DNA of 64,000 nucleotides, from NCBI RefSeq assembly GCF_006345805.1, contig NC_043002.1, positions 109,182,001 to 109,246,000 on the forward strand, written 5' to 3'. This DNA comes from Octopus sinensis (lineage: Eukaryota). The translations under genes and the position numbers were made by a program. Under the pieces are notes generated by a model. That model did no database searches, had not been told where the DNA came from, and saw only the letters and a program-made list of their open reading frames with translations. This document shows positions 1-13,577 of the stretch, piece after piece. Each line of letters begins with the position of its first letter. The stretch's first letter is position 1.

Positions 1-189
1 TTTCCTTAAGCAAACTGGCCACACAAAAAATATTTTATATTGTTATATATGGAACAGTGCTATTGCTTTTAGCAGAGGACATCACCTTTCTAGAATTCCT
101 TTCACGTTTTTGTTTTTCTTGGAGATAATTTACTGATGGTCAAGCTGACCACTCGCCGCATAAATTTGACCGATCTGATTAAGCCTTAA

Positions 190-549
190 AACAAGAACAT
201 TCAGAGAGCACAAACCTTCATCAAAGCAACACCAACATCCTCTCAATAATTAGCCAGAGATGAAATTTAAAAATAGAACATCTGAAATAAACTCAACTGC
301 TCTTACAAATGAGAATACGGAAAATGAACCCAACTGCTCTCAAAAATTAAGTTTAAAGAAACAAAACGGAAAAATAATCCAGAATCCTTGTCCAGTGTCG
401 GATTGATCCCAAAATCTAATCAGTTCATGCCAGTCACAAGGCCAAACATCCCTGAAAGTTTCATCCGAATCTATTGAGTGGTTCTTGAGATATCTTGTTC
501 ACAAACAACTGAAAACAATACCTCCACCATTTCTAAGATGGAGGTAATA
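190..549 (+). mobile_element. Non-autonomous element with 3' stem-loop (Helentron/HINE-like); partial second copy at about 16135-16290
   Basis: Terminal TACCTCCACC...ATGGAGGTA stem-loop; body duplicated at 16.1-16.3 kb. Confidence 0.5.
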
Positions 550-646
550 AATGAAGCTTCAGAAGTTAGAATATTGCCTTACAACGTGTATTCAGTAATT
601 TTTGGAAATATATATTGTTTCTGTAAAGATTAAGTTAGGTATTTAA

Positions 647-866
647 CTCTTTAGTGTTTAAACCAGCTATATCCGGCCCAAATATTCTACACATTTTATG
701 CTCAAACTTGCCAGAACATGCATCTCACACCTACCCTGCAATGTCACTCTAAAAATAAGCAATTACATCTTTCCTATCTTGAAGGTACAAAATAACATCA
801 GATAAATTTTTTTAAATGTGAATAAATAAGGATTACTTTTGACAAATTAATCTGAACGCCAAAGGG
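647..866. mobile_element. piggyBac-type MITE, family 1
   Basis: TTAA|CTCTTTAG...AAAGGG|TTAA. Confidence 0.8.
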
Positions 867-1064
867 TTAACTTAAGATAATACATCATATCTCTCTCTCA
901 CACAGTTTACAATTGTATATTGCACTGTATAGATTTATCCAGTGTGTAGAATTCTTCTTCTCTCTACTTATTAAAATGATTATATTGTTTAGCCTCCTAA
1001 GCTTGTAAACTTCACATAGACAATTTCATTCAATCTTATTGATTTTTTTTTTTTCTTCTTTCAG

Positions 1065-1288
1065 GATCATCCAGCTGGCCTGATTTCTTGGATCCAAATG
1101 TACGTGAATGGTGGGCAAGTAAATTTGACTTCAAAGAATACAAAGGAACTACAAAGGATGTTTTTATATGGAATGACATGAACGAGCCATCTGTATTCAA
1201 TGGCCCAGAGATTACCATGCCAAAAGACTTAATCCATGTGAATGGATGGGAACATCGTGATATTCACAATATATATGGAATGCATGTA
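1065..1288 (+). CDS. GANAB: Glucosidase II alpha / neutral alpha-glucosidase AB (GH31), internal exon with catalytic nucleophile; gene starts upstream of window
   Basis: tttcag acceptor, GTGAGT donor; encodes [16 protein letters not shown]...[20 protein letters not shown]...HRDIHNIYG (GH31 WNDMNE motif). Confidence 0.95.
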
Positions 1289-1963
1289 GTGAGTATATAT
1301 AGATTCTTTCTAGCCATTTAATTCGAGATGTTTTTGTGTAAACTAGTTTGCTGCAGGTTTTCTTGAAGGAAAAGATTTTTCTTTTCACGAGTTTCCTTAT
1401 TTGTTAATGTTCTGTTGAGAATACACTGTAGAGAAATGTTCTAATTAATAGTTTTCAGATTTACATTTCCAAAACACTTTTGCTTAGGTAGGTAAATAAT
1501 GAAGCTATCTCTGCCACCCCACCCATCCACACTATTAAAGTCCAAACAAATCCATATTTATGCTAGGACCCACTTTTAGTTTCGTGTTTAAGTAATCCTA
1601 TCCTTTTTTTTTCCTTGTTTTGCCCTTTAGCTGTACACCTCAGATGAAAGGCTTTCCACCCATGACCATAACTTTTCAGTATATATGGAATCACATTATC
1701 CAGTGTGTCCTTTCCTTTCCTTTAGTAGTGTGTATAATATAATGGAATTTGGTTACTACTTCTAGCTGTTCGAGTAACCATTTAGAGGTTTCTTCATTAA
1801 CTTCATCCTTTGTGGTCCCCACATTTGACTAGGGCTTACCTACTTTGTAGTTGCTCTGTTCGTAGTTACCAATATCCACATGAACATTGTTTGAAGTAAT
1901 TGCACAGTGCAAAGCCAGTCTCACTGCTGACAAGGTAGCAGTATGAATCCAGTGGAGTATTAA

Positions 1964-2164
1964 CCCTTTAGTGTTCACATTATTCTGCCAAAGTTAATGC
2001 CTTTTCATCCACATTGTTTTGAACTAATCATTCATTAATCATGTAGCTATGATGTAGCTGTTAATTTTTAAAACGATATTGTAGGGTTGGTGTGAGAGAC
2101 CAGATCTGGCCAGTTTGAACATAAAACAGGCAGAATACTTATGGCCGGTTTAAATGCTAAAGGG
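1964..2164. mobile_element. piggyBac-type MITE, family 1 (inverted copy)
   Basis: TTAA|CCCTTTAG...CTAAAGGG|TTAA. Confidence 0.85.
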
Positions 2165-2879
2165 TTAAAAAGAAGGGGGAAAAAATGGTAAAATCCAAAG
2201 AAAACTCATTTCATGTCCATTTTCAAAGCTGGCATGAGTTGGATGGATTAATAGGATCCAGGAAGCTGTAAGACTGGTTCAAGCTCCAGTTTCTGCTTTA
2301 GCATGGTTTCTGTGGCTGCATGCTTTTCCTGATACCAACTGCTTTATAGTGTGTACTGGATGCTTTTTTTTTTTTTTTTTCGTGCTACCAACACCAGTGA
2401 GGATGCTGTGTAAACTTACGAAACAAAAAGAACTGAGAAAAAAACTCCAATTACTTAGAGGGAAGTATTTGTGAGGTGGGGGCGGAAGTGGGTGGCTTTA
2501 TGCCAGGTGTCGAAAGACTGAAGTATGAAAAAAGGACCAGCACAGATGTCTTGTTAAGGAGGCATTACTTGGCCGAAGGAGATAACAGAATGGTAGTGAG
2601 AGTGCAAGAACAAACTCAAGGTACAGGAGGCTGATTGTAAGAGGGATATGGACAGGGGCTCATGAGAGGGAGTAGATACATTCATAAGAATGTGAAAGAT
2701 AGGGGTAGTAGATGAGTGGTAGGGATGAATGTTAGTGTTGAACATGGGTAGAGGAGCAGTTGAAGAGAAATACCAGTATGGTGAGATATGGGGGTAACTC
2801 AGGAAGGTGAATAGATCAGAATGTAGAGGGATTATGTGCGAAGATTATGAGCAGTGGTAAGGGAGATCAGAGATACATA

Positions 2880-3175
2880 ATCATCATCATCATCATTTAG
2901 CGTCCGCTTTCCATGCTAGCATGGGTTGGACGGTTCAACTGGGGTCTGTGAAGCCAGGAGGCTGCACCAGGCCCAGTCTGATCTGGCAGTGTTTCTATGG
3001 CTGGATGCCCTTCCTAACACCAACCACTCCGTGAGTGTAGTGGGTGTTTTTTACGTGCCACCCACACAGGTGCCAGACGGAGCTGGCAAGCGGCCATGAA
3101 TGGATGGTGCTTTTACGTGCCACCGGCACAGGGGCCCCACGAACGGATGGTGCTGGGGCTATAAATAAGGCATGA
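2880..3175 (-). mobile_element. SINE/RTE-related family A with (GAT)n tail; more copies near 4.2-4.5, 7.1-7.3, 8.3-8.4, 12.6, 14.2, 22.2, 36.7-37.2, 38.0, 38.8, 44.3, 48.6, 49.1, 52.5 and 62.5 kb
   Basis: Recurrent GGATGCCCTTCCTAACGCCAACCACT and CATGCTAGCATGG..GGACGTTAAA(TGA)n. Confidence 0.8.
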
Positions 3176-3506
3176 TGATAGATATAGGTGGGCATTGAGA
3201 ATGATAGCAGATAAGTGTTAAGAATGGAGTTTGGCAGAGGGGATAGTGGGCAGTGGCACAGAAAGGAGGTGCTTAGTAGAAATACTGTGGGCAGGGATGA
3301 TAATGAGGAATGGAGGTGGTCCTGAGGAAGGAGGGAGTGCAGTATGTGCCAATTTTGCTCTCACGTGATTACAGCAGTTGGTGGGGGAGTGATACATGCT
3401 AGGGGATGAGAATTAGGGGTAAATGCTTAACGTATCAGATACTGAGGAGGCACTGGTGGGTTTTCTTGTTTTTGATAGAATTTCATGTAATTTTTTTTCA
3501 TTTCAG

Positions 3507-3603
3507 CATCGTGCAACAATGGAAGGTATTCTTGCAAGATCAAATCATCAAGAACGTTCATTTGTTCTTACAAGGGCAATATTTGCTGGTTCTCAAAGAT
3601 ATG
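3507..3603 (+). CDS. GANAB: GANAB exon
   Basis: AG/GT bounded, phase 0 to 1; HRATMEGILARSNHQERSFVLTRAIFAGSQRY. Confidence 0.93.
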
Positions 3604-5204
3604 GTAAGAAATTTTTGCATTTAGGTCTTTAAAATAAAAACAAATTCTATAACAACCCAAGAAAAGAAAAATACAAACAATTTTAACAAATTAATTTGTA
3701 TGTAAAATACACTTTTCTTACATTTTGTGCCAATTGTTGATGACTGCTGTATAACCCATGTCAACCCTCATTAGCTATATCACTAGATCGTCAGCATTAT
3801 TGTTTTAAAGTCCACTTTTCCATGCTTTCATGGATGGGACATCATTATGAGACAGATTTTCTATGCCTGGATGCCTTTCCTGCTGCCAACCATCACCTGT
3901 TTCCAAGCAAGGTAATATCTCTCCATAGTTAGACAAGTTTTCACTGCTTAGTGCAAATAACTGCTTGTATGACAACCACTTAAATCTGTTGTGTGATGAC
4001 AAGACACAAAGCACACATGCTGACACATGTGCCTACACAAGCACACAATGGACTTTTTGACAGATCGTGTGACCATTGTAAATGAGCATCGCCATCATAG
4101 TTACTGGTTTCCCAGTTTTGTCTAACAAAAAATGAAAAAAAAAAAAGAATAACCACTGCCTGTCTGCCAATGGAGAGTCCACATTGTAATGTGGTTGGTG
4201 TTTGGAAGGGCATCCAGCTGTAAATAATCATGTCAAAACTAATCTCACCTCTGCTAGTGCCACATAAAAAGCACTGAGCCCACTCTGCAAAGTGGTTGGT
4301 GTTAGGAAAGGCATCCAGCCGTAAAATCTCTGCCAAAACAGACAAAAAGTAGCCTTGGGTAGTTTTTCTACCTGGTTGGCTCCTGTCAACCGTCCTACCC
4401 ATGGATGCATGGAATTGGATGTTCACAACTGGAAGGGCATCTAGCCATAGAAAATCTGCTTTGACAAATTCTGTCTGGTCCATGCAAGCAAGGGAAAGTG
4501 GATGTTAAAACACTGATGTTAATATTTGAAGGTGGGGAGCTGGCAGGATTGTCAGCACATTAGAGAAAATTCTTAATGGCATTTCTTCTGGCTCTCTCCA
4601 TTCTGAGTTCAAATCCCTTTATGATCAACTTTGCCATTTGTCCCTTTGGGATTGATCAAGTATCAGTCATGTATTCTAGTGGATGTAATCAGCTTGCTTC
4701 TTCCATTCAAAATTGCTGGCTCTGTGCCAGAATCTGTAACCATAATTATTATTGAGTGAGAGCAGTGCATCAAAATGACACTGGGTTACAAATATATGAA
4801 GCCCAGTATACCCATCATGACTACTCGTCTGATAAGGGTACACCAGGCACATGCACCACAACCATATGTATGCAATGGGATGTCGTATCAAGATAAACAG
4901 CGCATGACCTTGCAGTTAGAATCTTCAGGTTGAATAGCCCATCCTGCTCAAAAGGTACCTGAATAAGGTTTAAGAATGAGGAACGAAAGACCCATGTTTC
5001 CAGAGCCAAATTATTCAGACCCCAAAGAATTCCTCTCAACACATGGCTATGATGCTCCCCCACTACTTCTACTTGTGATCAGATGCGTACAATATCAGTC
5101 ACTAAGGGACATGCTCAAATGGCCATGGTCAAGCAACTGACAAGCAAATCTGTGGTATTGAGAAGAATATTTGCTGTAGCCCATCTTTGACACCAAGACA
5201 AAAC

Positions 5205-5410
5205 ACGATAATAGCAGAATTGTAATTAAGCCGGGCAAAATGCTTAGCAGCATTTCATCTGTTTTTACGTTCTGAGTTCAAATTCCAATAAGGTCATCTT
5301 TGTCTTTCATTGTGTTGGGGTCAGTAAAATAAGTATCAGTTGAGCACAGGGGTCAGTGTAATCCACTTACCCCCACCTCGCCCCTGAAATTGTGCCAAAA
5401 TTTGAAATCA
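5205..5410 (+). mobile_element. tRNA-derived SINE family C; also about 4530-4735, 22605-22760, 25165-25325, 62085-62240
   Basis: GCAAAATGCTTAGC..TTCTGAGTTCAAATTCC..TTTGCCTTTCAT motif shared by all copies. Confidence 0.7.
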
Positions 5411-5468
5411 CTGTTATTATATAGGTAAATGTAAATTTAACTGATGACAAACAATATTCTTTCTTCAG

Positions 5469-5629
5469 CTGCTGTCTGGACTGGTGATAACACAGGTGAA
5501 TGGGGTCACTTGAAAATGTCTGTACCAATGATGCTGTCACTGAATGTTGCTGGGATGCCATTCTCTGGAGCTGACGTTGGTGGTTTCTTCCGTAATCCCG
5601 ACCCTGAGTTACTGACACGCTGGTATCAA
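5469..5629 (+). CDS. GANAB: GANAB exon with acid/base Asp
   Basis: [25 protein letters not shown]...[21 protein letters not shown]; GTAAGT donor. Confidence 0.95.
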
Positions 5630-6111
5630 GTAAGTACAAATCCTTGAACAAGCTTAAGATAAACTGGTTACTATTATCGTACTCATTGTATCTATCTTTG
5701 CAACTTCCCAATAAGACAATTATCTTCTGCCTACTTCTTCTGTGACCATATTGCTTGTATGTGATTTAGTCGACTTGTGGTTCATTGCAACAGGGCATCA
5801 AGTTATTGTCCGACTGGCTACCTGGACCAGAATCACTGTAATGAAACAGACTGGCACCGATTGTTACACTGGGCAGTAGATTTAGTCTATCATTTGCTAC
5901 TTCAAAATATTTACAATTTTGAATGAACTATGGCAATGCACACACACACACATTGATATACTTATAATGAATGTGTGAACTGATTATTGGTCAATTAACA
6001 GAGTCGTTAATGATATATTGTCCATCCAGCTACTTTAAACAACTTGTATCTAATTATCTCAATCTACAAATTAATATTATGTCTCATCTCTGTGATTTAC
6101 CTCTTTCATAG

Positions 6112-6361
6112 GCTGCTGCGTTCCAACCATTTTTCCGAGCTCATGCTCATTTAGATACTAAGCGTCGAGAACCTTGGTTGCTGCCAGAAATGAACAAGAA
6201 CATAATCCGAAATGCTATACACACTCGTTACACCTTCCTACCATATTGGTACACTTTGTTTAGACACAGTGAGAAATCTGGAATGCCTGTCATGATGCCA
6301 TTGTGGGTTGAATTTCCTGAGGAGTCTTCAATTTTTAAAACAGATGATGAATATCTGCTTG
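6112..6361 (+). CDS. GANAB: GANAB exon
   Basis: AAAFQPFFRAHAHLDTKRREPWLL...RYTFLPYWYTLF...PVMMPLWVEFP...DDEYLL; AG/GT bounded. Confidence 0.95.
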
Positions 6362-6726
6362 GTATGTAAAGTTATTTCATTGTTGCAGACATGTTGCTAT
6401 GGCTGGGTGGTGAAGAAGGGTATTGAGTTTAGTCCCTCTGTGTACTACCTTGGTCAAGTGTCCCCTTTCACCCGTCCTTTCTCTCTCTTCTCTGCTGTAT
6501 CATTAACCCTTTTGTGACTATATTTCTAAGTAAAACCCTTATGAGTTTCAATTAACTTGTAAAATAATCACAAATTCAGACTGGTTTCATTTAAACAACT
6601 GTAACTTTTTTATTTATCAACATATTTAATTATGTCTGTGGCTCATTGTGTTGACGTTTATTACCACTGCTTTATGTTTTTTAATGATTTTTATTTCCTT
6701 AATTTTGCTCCAATTCTCATTTTTAG

Positions 6727-6803
6727 GTCCTGCTCTACTGGTTAAACCTGTAGTTGATCCTGGTGTAACATCAACTGATGTCCACTTTCCTGGCAAAGGA
6801 GAG
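6727..6803 (+). CDS. GANAB: GANAB exon
   Basis: (G)PALLVKPVVDPGVTSTDVHFPGKGE; phase matches neighbours. Confidence 0.9.
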
Positions 6804-8846
6804 GTTGGTAATTGCTTCTTGAATTTTTTTTAAAATTCTGTTTTCATAAATTTCAGTGATCCATCATGCCCTGAATTGGGTCTGTTGTGAGCTGGAACTT
6901 ACCCCAATGCCCATAGCATATGAATTAGTGGGATTACAGCCCTTAACCCCAAACAGGATGCCAGTCTGTTGCAAGGTTAATTTCTCAGCTATTGTTGGAA
7001 TGCATGGCTGAGTAGACTGGGGTGACATGAAATGAAATGTTTTGCTGAAGAGTCATGACGCCTGGCTGGCACCCGTGCTGGTGGCACATAATAAGCACCA
7101 TCCAAACATGATCAATGCCAGTGCCACCTGACTGGCTCCCATTCCGGTGGCATATAAAAAGCCACCATCTGAAGGTGGTCGATGCCAGTGTCATGTAAAA
7201 AGCACCCACTACACTCTGAGAGTGGTGCAGCCTCCTGGCTTGCCAGTCTTCAGTTGAACCATCAAACCTGTACCAGCATGGAAAGTGGACATTAAATGAT
7301 GATGATGATGAATACAATATACTGCCCAGTCTCGGAATTGAAACCATGATTGTAAGATTGAGTGCATCACTCTAACCACTAAGCCACATGTTTTCATGAA
7401 TTGTAAGGAAGTCATAAGTTTGTTAATCAGAAATAAAGGCTGAGGGGTATTTCAAGACCCTTATCTGTCTATTACACTCTTCAGACCAATTAAAATTTTA
7501 TACATTCTTTCAGACCCCACCATGGCAGATAAAGTGTTAACACTTGAAATGAAGACAGACAGACACACACACACAAGCATACACTCAATCACTCACTTGG
7601 TTTTCATCTACCAAATCCACTAGCAAGACTTTGTTCAGCAAAGGTGCAGTGCAATGGGACTGAACCTGGCACCACAGCATTGAGAAGTGAATTGCTTTAC
7701 CATAGAGCCACATCTATCATAGTCATACCTGTACATGTAAAAACATGCTGCTGGCTGAAAATAAAACATTGAGCTCCTGATGATGTTATAGCCACATGTT
7801 AGGATTATTTTCTCTTTGGTGTAGTTGGACAACATATTGAGTAATGAGGGCCCTCATATAGTTGTGGGTGCATTAACTTGTATTAGCCTCATTCTAATTT
7901 GTCTGTTTTTGTGCGTCTAAAATTTAACTCCCTTGAAAGTTGGCAATTGGAAGTTGATTTGTCAACAAGTCCTCACTGTGCTGTCTGTGTTGATTTGTCG
8001 AACAATGTGTGATGGCACGCACATCTCTTCTACCTTCAGTCACTAGTATGGCAACTCCACTTAAGTACAGCCATCATGTATAATCTCAGGCATTCAGCCT
8101 GCTAACCCTGGCGAGGTGGCCGAGTTCCTTTTGAATGGGCTTCACAGAAGCAATGGCCAAGACCTTTGGCATTATGTCGTGTTTGAGAAGACCCATCAAG
8201 CCAAGCAAAATTGTGGTCATGGCCAATACCAGTGTCACACTAATAGTACCTGTGTTGGTGATACGTAAAAGTACTCTGAGTGATTGGCGTTAGGAGGGAC
8301 ATCCAGCCGTAAAAAGCCATGTCAAATCAAACTGGATCCTGGTGCAGCCTTTCAGTGTGCCAGCCTAGTCAAACCATCCAACCCATGCCAGCATGGAGAA
8401 TGGATGTTGAATGATGATGATGACCGCAAAAATATTAGTGAGTCTTTACATGTATTTTTGCAGACACCTTGTGTACCTTCGAAGTCATGAGTGGACACCC
8501 GGAAACTCCTTTTTGCTTCAGTTTTGGGAGTCTATTCAATCTGCTGCATTGAACACATTTGCAATAAAATGTTAATAATCGTTTAATTTACTAAGACTCT
8601 GTCTTCTGTTGTATCTGCCTTCCGGTTGATTTACTCTCTCACAAAACTGCTGACCATTCATTCAACTCGGTCAAGAGCAATATTCTCACTTAACTACCTC
8701 TCTTCGTAAAAGGTGTTTTATTACAACAAGTACTTTCTGTGATGAAATTGGTAAAAGTTCTCTTAACCAATTTACTAGTTGAAGTCAATCAATTATACTG
8801 TATTTATATATTTGATGAATGTGTTTGCAAATTCTGTTTTTGCCAG

Positions 8847-8921
8847 ATCTGGTATGACATTATGAACTTCAAGAGTTTTGCTGGCGGTCAGAGCGTCCAG
8901 GTAGATGCTCCTTTAGATAAG
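8847..8921 (+). CDS. GANAB: GANAB exon
   Basis: IWYDIMNFKSFAGGQSVQVDAPLDK; 75 nt, phase 0/0. Confidence 0.9.
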
Positions 8922-9109
8922 GTAAACATTTGCAATTTTTTTTCTGTTTCTTAATGCATTTTTTTGTTGTTCAGAAACACGTACAGGAATCCCTCAACTA
9001 TCACGGACATTACATTCCCAAACCTCACCGTGATAGATGAAAATCCATGAAGTAGAAACAGTACTGTACTGTATTTTTCTTTATTATTTTTATAATTTAT
9101 ATATATATA

Positions 9110-9492
9110 TCTCTCTCTATATAAACGGCAGTTTGTCTGTGCGTGTTTCTGTGTGTCTGTTTGCTTGTACCCTCACCCTGACCACGGCTTTCAACCGATT
9201 CTGATGAAACTTGACACACACATAGCCCAATGTCATAATTCAAAACTAACGCAGCGAAAATTTTGAAAAGTTCCCCCAGTTCTGAAAAAAATCGATAAAT
9301 TCGACATGGGGTCGAGAATCAGAAACACAAACCGCAAACTGTCTAGGGGACGCAACTCCACCTTTTTTTACTCTCAAAAAAATTTACCATAATTTTTTTC
9401 CATTTTTTTGCTATTTTTTGGCTATAACTCTCTAAAAATGCTTTATAGTTATTTCCCTTACAAACCTGAGCAACGCCGGGCGATACTGCTAG
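9110..9492 (+). mobile_element. Non-autonomous Helitron-type element (GANAB intron)
   Basis: 5' TC, 3' CC.GAGCAACGCCGGG hairpin then CTAG|T. Confidence 0.6.
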
Positions 9493-10355
9493 TATTTTAT
9501 AAATACAAAACAACACCATGGAGGAATTGACATAAGCTTAAATAAACCGCAATATGGCAAGGGGTTATTGTCCTTACTTTAATTGGCACTCCATTGGTTA
9601 TGATGATGAGGTTTCCAGTTGATCTGGAACAGCCTGCTCATGAAATTAATGTACAAGTGGTTGAGAGCTCCACAGACAGGTGTACCCTTAATGTAGTCCT
9701 GAGGGAGATTCAGCATGATGCAAACTTTGGCAAGGTTGGCCTTTTGAAATACAGGTACAATTCCTTTTTACCAGCTGAGTGGAGTGGAGTAATGTGAAAT
9801 GAAGTGTCTTGCTCAAGGACACAATGATCCACCAGGAATCGAGCTCCTAACCTTGTTATCATGAGCTGAATACCCTAACCACCGAGCCTTGCACCTCCAT
9901 TATAAATATTTTAATACTAATTAAATACTAATTACAGAGATGTACTTGCATAGCAAGTGACCTGATCTAAGATCGTGTGCTGGAACGAAAATAATTGCAG
10001 CATGGAAGGTGTTTATAAGCCATTTAAGAAACACACAAAAACCGTTAGATTCACTTCAACATTTAAATTTAATTTGCCAAAATTAAAATTTAAATGTTGA
10101 AGTGGTTTTTGTGTGTTTCTAATGGTTTACCTTCCACACTGTAAATACTAATTAAATAACTAATGTCAAGATGCTTTAATAACAAGGAAACAAAAGGATA
10201 GGAATATATTAATTTATTCTTTTGTTGATTAAATTCAATGATAAACAAACTCATTTTCAACTTCTTTGAGAGATGTAAATTATAAAGAAATGTTTTCTCT
10301 ATGAAGAAAAAGCATCAAAGATACTGAAATGTGCTTCCCTTTTTTTTCTCCTTAG

Positions 10356-10469
10356 ATTCCTGTATATATTCGTGGTGGCTTCATTATTCCAAGGAAGTAT
10401 CGCATGCGGCGTTCGTCTATTTTGATGAGACATGACCCTTTCTCTTTGATTGTATGTCTTGACAGAAAT
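10356..10469 (+). CDS. GANAB: GANAB exon
   Basis: IPVYIRGGFIIPRKYRMRRSSILMRHDPFSLIVCLDRN; GTAAGT donor. Confidence 0.93.
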
Positions 10470-10923
10470 GTAAGTATTTCCATCTGAAAATTTCTTCATA
10501 AACTGTTAATTTTTCAATGGGAACTAACTGCTCATGTAACAATCCTCTAAGGACCACTTGGTTAGGTGACTTAAATCCTTTAAATTACATCCTACTGCTT
10601 TAAAATGAGATAATATAGTTCTGAATCTCTTGAACAAGTCTAAATGTCATAACTGGTTTACCTTTAATCATAGGTCTTTTCAACAAAGAATCTCCTGTTT
10701 TTCTTAAATAACCTTCCTTAAATTTTTTGCTGTTCTATATGACGATGTGATCCCCCTGCTAACAAACTTACAACAGTACATCTCCCTCATACACCACCTC
10801 ATTTGTAGTAGTTTTACACTAATTCTATATTGCTGTTGAGGTATTTTAGATCGGTTGTATAGGTAGTAGCAGCAAAGGACCAAAATTATATTTTGTCTCT
10901 GACTCTCTCTCTCTTTCTCTCAG

Positions 10924-11033
10924 GATGTTGCCAAAGGAGATCTTTATATTGACGATTATCATTCCACAAAATATAAACAAGCAGAGTTTGCACATCAAGA
11001 ATTTACATTTGAAAAAAATACATTATCCACCAA
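10924..11033 (+). CDS. GANAB: GANAB exon
   Basis: DVAKGDLYIDDYHSTKYKQAEFAHQEFTFEKNTLST; (CT)n acceptor tract, GTAAGT donor, phase 2. Confidence 0.92.
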
Positions 11034-12148
11034 GTAAGTATTATTTTTCTAGCAAGAATGTGAAATTGTAGCTTAAATATTGTTGCAAGTTTTGGAGAAC
11101 TTTTCTCTAATATATCAAAAACCTTAGCACTTTGTGTAACTATAACAACCATTTTAGCATCCACTTGTCTTTCCTTGCATGTCAGACAGAATTTGTTGAG
11201 GTTGATTTTTTTCATCCCCCATAGTTGGATGTCCTTTCTGTTACCAACCTCACCATTTTCCTAGTGAGATATTTCCCCATGGCCAGACTTCACAAAATAG
11301 TAGATGCAAAGAGTACTGCTTGCATGACAATGACTGTGTGTGTGTGATCATCATTGTTTAATGTTGGCTTTCCATGCTGGCATGGGTTGGACAGTTTGAC
11401 ATGGAACTGGCTGGCAAGGAGCTGTCCAGACTCCCAACAGTCATCTGTCAGTTTCCACCTACCAAACCCATTTACAAGAAGTTGGTCAGCCTGAGGCCCT
11501 AGTAGACATTTGCCTAAAGTGTCATGCAGTGGGACTGAACCCAGGACCATGTGGTTGAGAAACAAAAACTTCTTACCACACAGTCTCACCTCTGCCTACA
11601 ATGTGGTCTTGACCCCTTGGCATTCTGATTACTTTTTCAAATGTGATGCTTATTTATTCACATTGTTTTGTATTAATCCTGCATTATCTCGTAGCTTAGA
11701 AACTTCAATGATTTAATTGTTTATTGTTAGTATGACATTGTAGGAGCCAGATCTGACCAGTTTGAATATAAAACAGGTAGAATATTTGGGCCAGATGTGG
11801 TTGGTTTAACTCAATAACAATTGCAACATGGAAGATGTTTATAAGCCATTTAATAACACAAAAAAAAAAAATGCAACACTTCAAATTTAATTTGTCAAGA
11901 TATTTCCATTGCTTTGAAACCATGACCTGTTCACTGACAAAATTTCGTGCAGATCAAGTCACTTTCTATGCAAGTACATTCCTGTAATTCTGAAATATTT
12001 TCCATATAAATGTAAAATTGACACCCTTGGGATTTATTCTTTCTATGCTATGACCAACACCAGATACCTTGATTATAACAAATCTTCATATTTTTACTAT
12101 CCTCCACTGAATACTGGACACATTGTTTTTTTTCCCCCTTTATTTCAG

Positions 12149-12252
12149 ATTGGTGAATCCACAGACATCATATAAAACTAAAGAGTGGATAGAAAGAATA
12201 ATTATTGCAGGTTTGGAGAAACAACCGATGAAACCAACACTATCAGTTAATG
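12149..12252 (+). CDS. GANAB: GANAB exon
   Basis: LVNPQTSYKTKEWIERIIIAGLEKQPMKPTLSVN; GTGAGT donor. Confidence 0.92.
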
Positions 12253-13467
12253 GTGAGTTCATTTGGTTCTATTTGGTGAGAGGGCTGGTTTCAATCTTGC
12301 TTCTGTTTTCTTCACTGGCAAGAGTCAGTTCCTTATGCAATTAAGTTAATTATTTGAAAAGGTGTATTTCTTATGGTACTTTAGTATATTGGCTTTTTCA
12401 CTGAATTGAATTTTTAGAGAAGATATTTAGAATGTCACAAGTCCAGTACAAATCCCAGCTTGTAATATGAAAGAGTTTGTAAAAATAGCCATACCACATC
12501 ACCTGTCACAAGGGATGTTCAGATCTATAAAAGAAGCATTCATTTCATTATCATCTACTGCCTGTTTTCCATGCTGGCATGGGTTGGACAGTTTGACAGG
12601 TGCTGGTAAGCCATAGTCTTTGACATGATTTCTACAGCTGGATGCGCTTCCTAATGCCAACTACTTTCTGGTGTATTGGGTGCTTTGTCATGAGCACCAA
12701 AAGGGTTACTAGATACCTTGCACAACAAAAACGCCTTGACTGGGAGGTGGAGAAGTAGTATTGAGTGGATGTAGTTTTGTGCCATTTGGGAGATTTAAGG
12801 TGTAGAGGGAACAGATGTAGTTGTCTTGCTGTGGAGTAGATACATGGTTACCCCAGTTGAAAAACAAAGAATTAGTTGGAAAGTAAGATACTGATAATGT
12901 GAGATGATGGTACAGATGTTGAGACATGCCTTCAAGGGACATTGGGTATAGTGAGACTAAGTGAGGTGATATAGAAGCATGGGCCATTTAGTGGGGTGGA
13001 TGAGGTGATTGTATCAAATGGAGAGAAATATAGGAGAGGCTTGCAGGTGGAGGTTGCTGTAGATATATGTAGGCATTATTGTAGCAGGGAAACAAGTTGA
13101 TGATGGAGAGCAACATAGTGCAGGGAGAAGGCTGGTGGGGCAGATACCCTCAGGGACGAACATTACCAAGGTGGTGACCAGTCCAACCAGCAGTAAGCCT
13201 GCAGCTTGTTCTTCATGCAGAATGGGAGCCCAAAAGATGTGTGTTCAGGGACACCACAGTAGGTCCAGGAGGGAACACCCATTAGTAATTGGATGATGTT
13301 TCTTATAGGACCCTACTGAGAATGTGCCTGACTCAACATCTATGACTCCCAGCAATAGTGGACAGAGAAAATGGATTGATATTTAGAATTGGTGCATGTT
13401 TTTAAATTAAAAGTACCTGTAATATATATGTATGTATATATATATATATTTTTTTATCTTATTTTAG

Positions 13468-13577
13468 GATCACCATCAAAAATTCTCGAAACAAAATATT
13501 ATACTGAAACCAAAGTATTAGTAATTCGTAAACCTGGAGTCAATATAATGGATAACTGGACAATAACTCTGAAATAA
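13468..13577 (+). CDS. GANAB: GANAB terminal coding exon
   Basis: GSPSKILETKYYTETKVLVIRKPGVNIMDNWTITLK*; matches the GANAB-type C-terminus RKPG.N...W.I.L. Confidence 0.93.

Noticed and set aside
11892-11940. Minus-strand fold with stem I, GAAA and an AUC site resembling a hammerhead
   Set aside because: Core reads GTGAACA rather than CYGANGA and stem II is not paired in this copy
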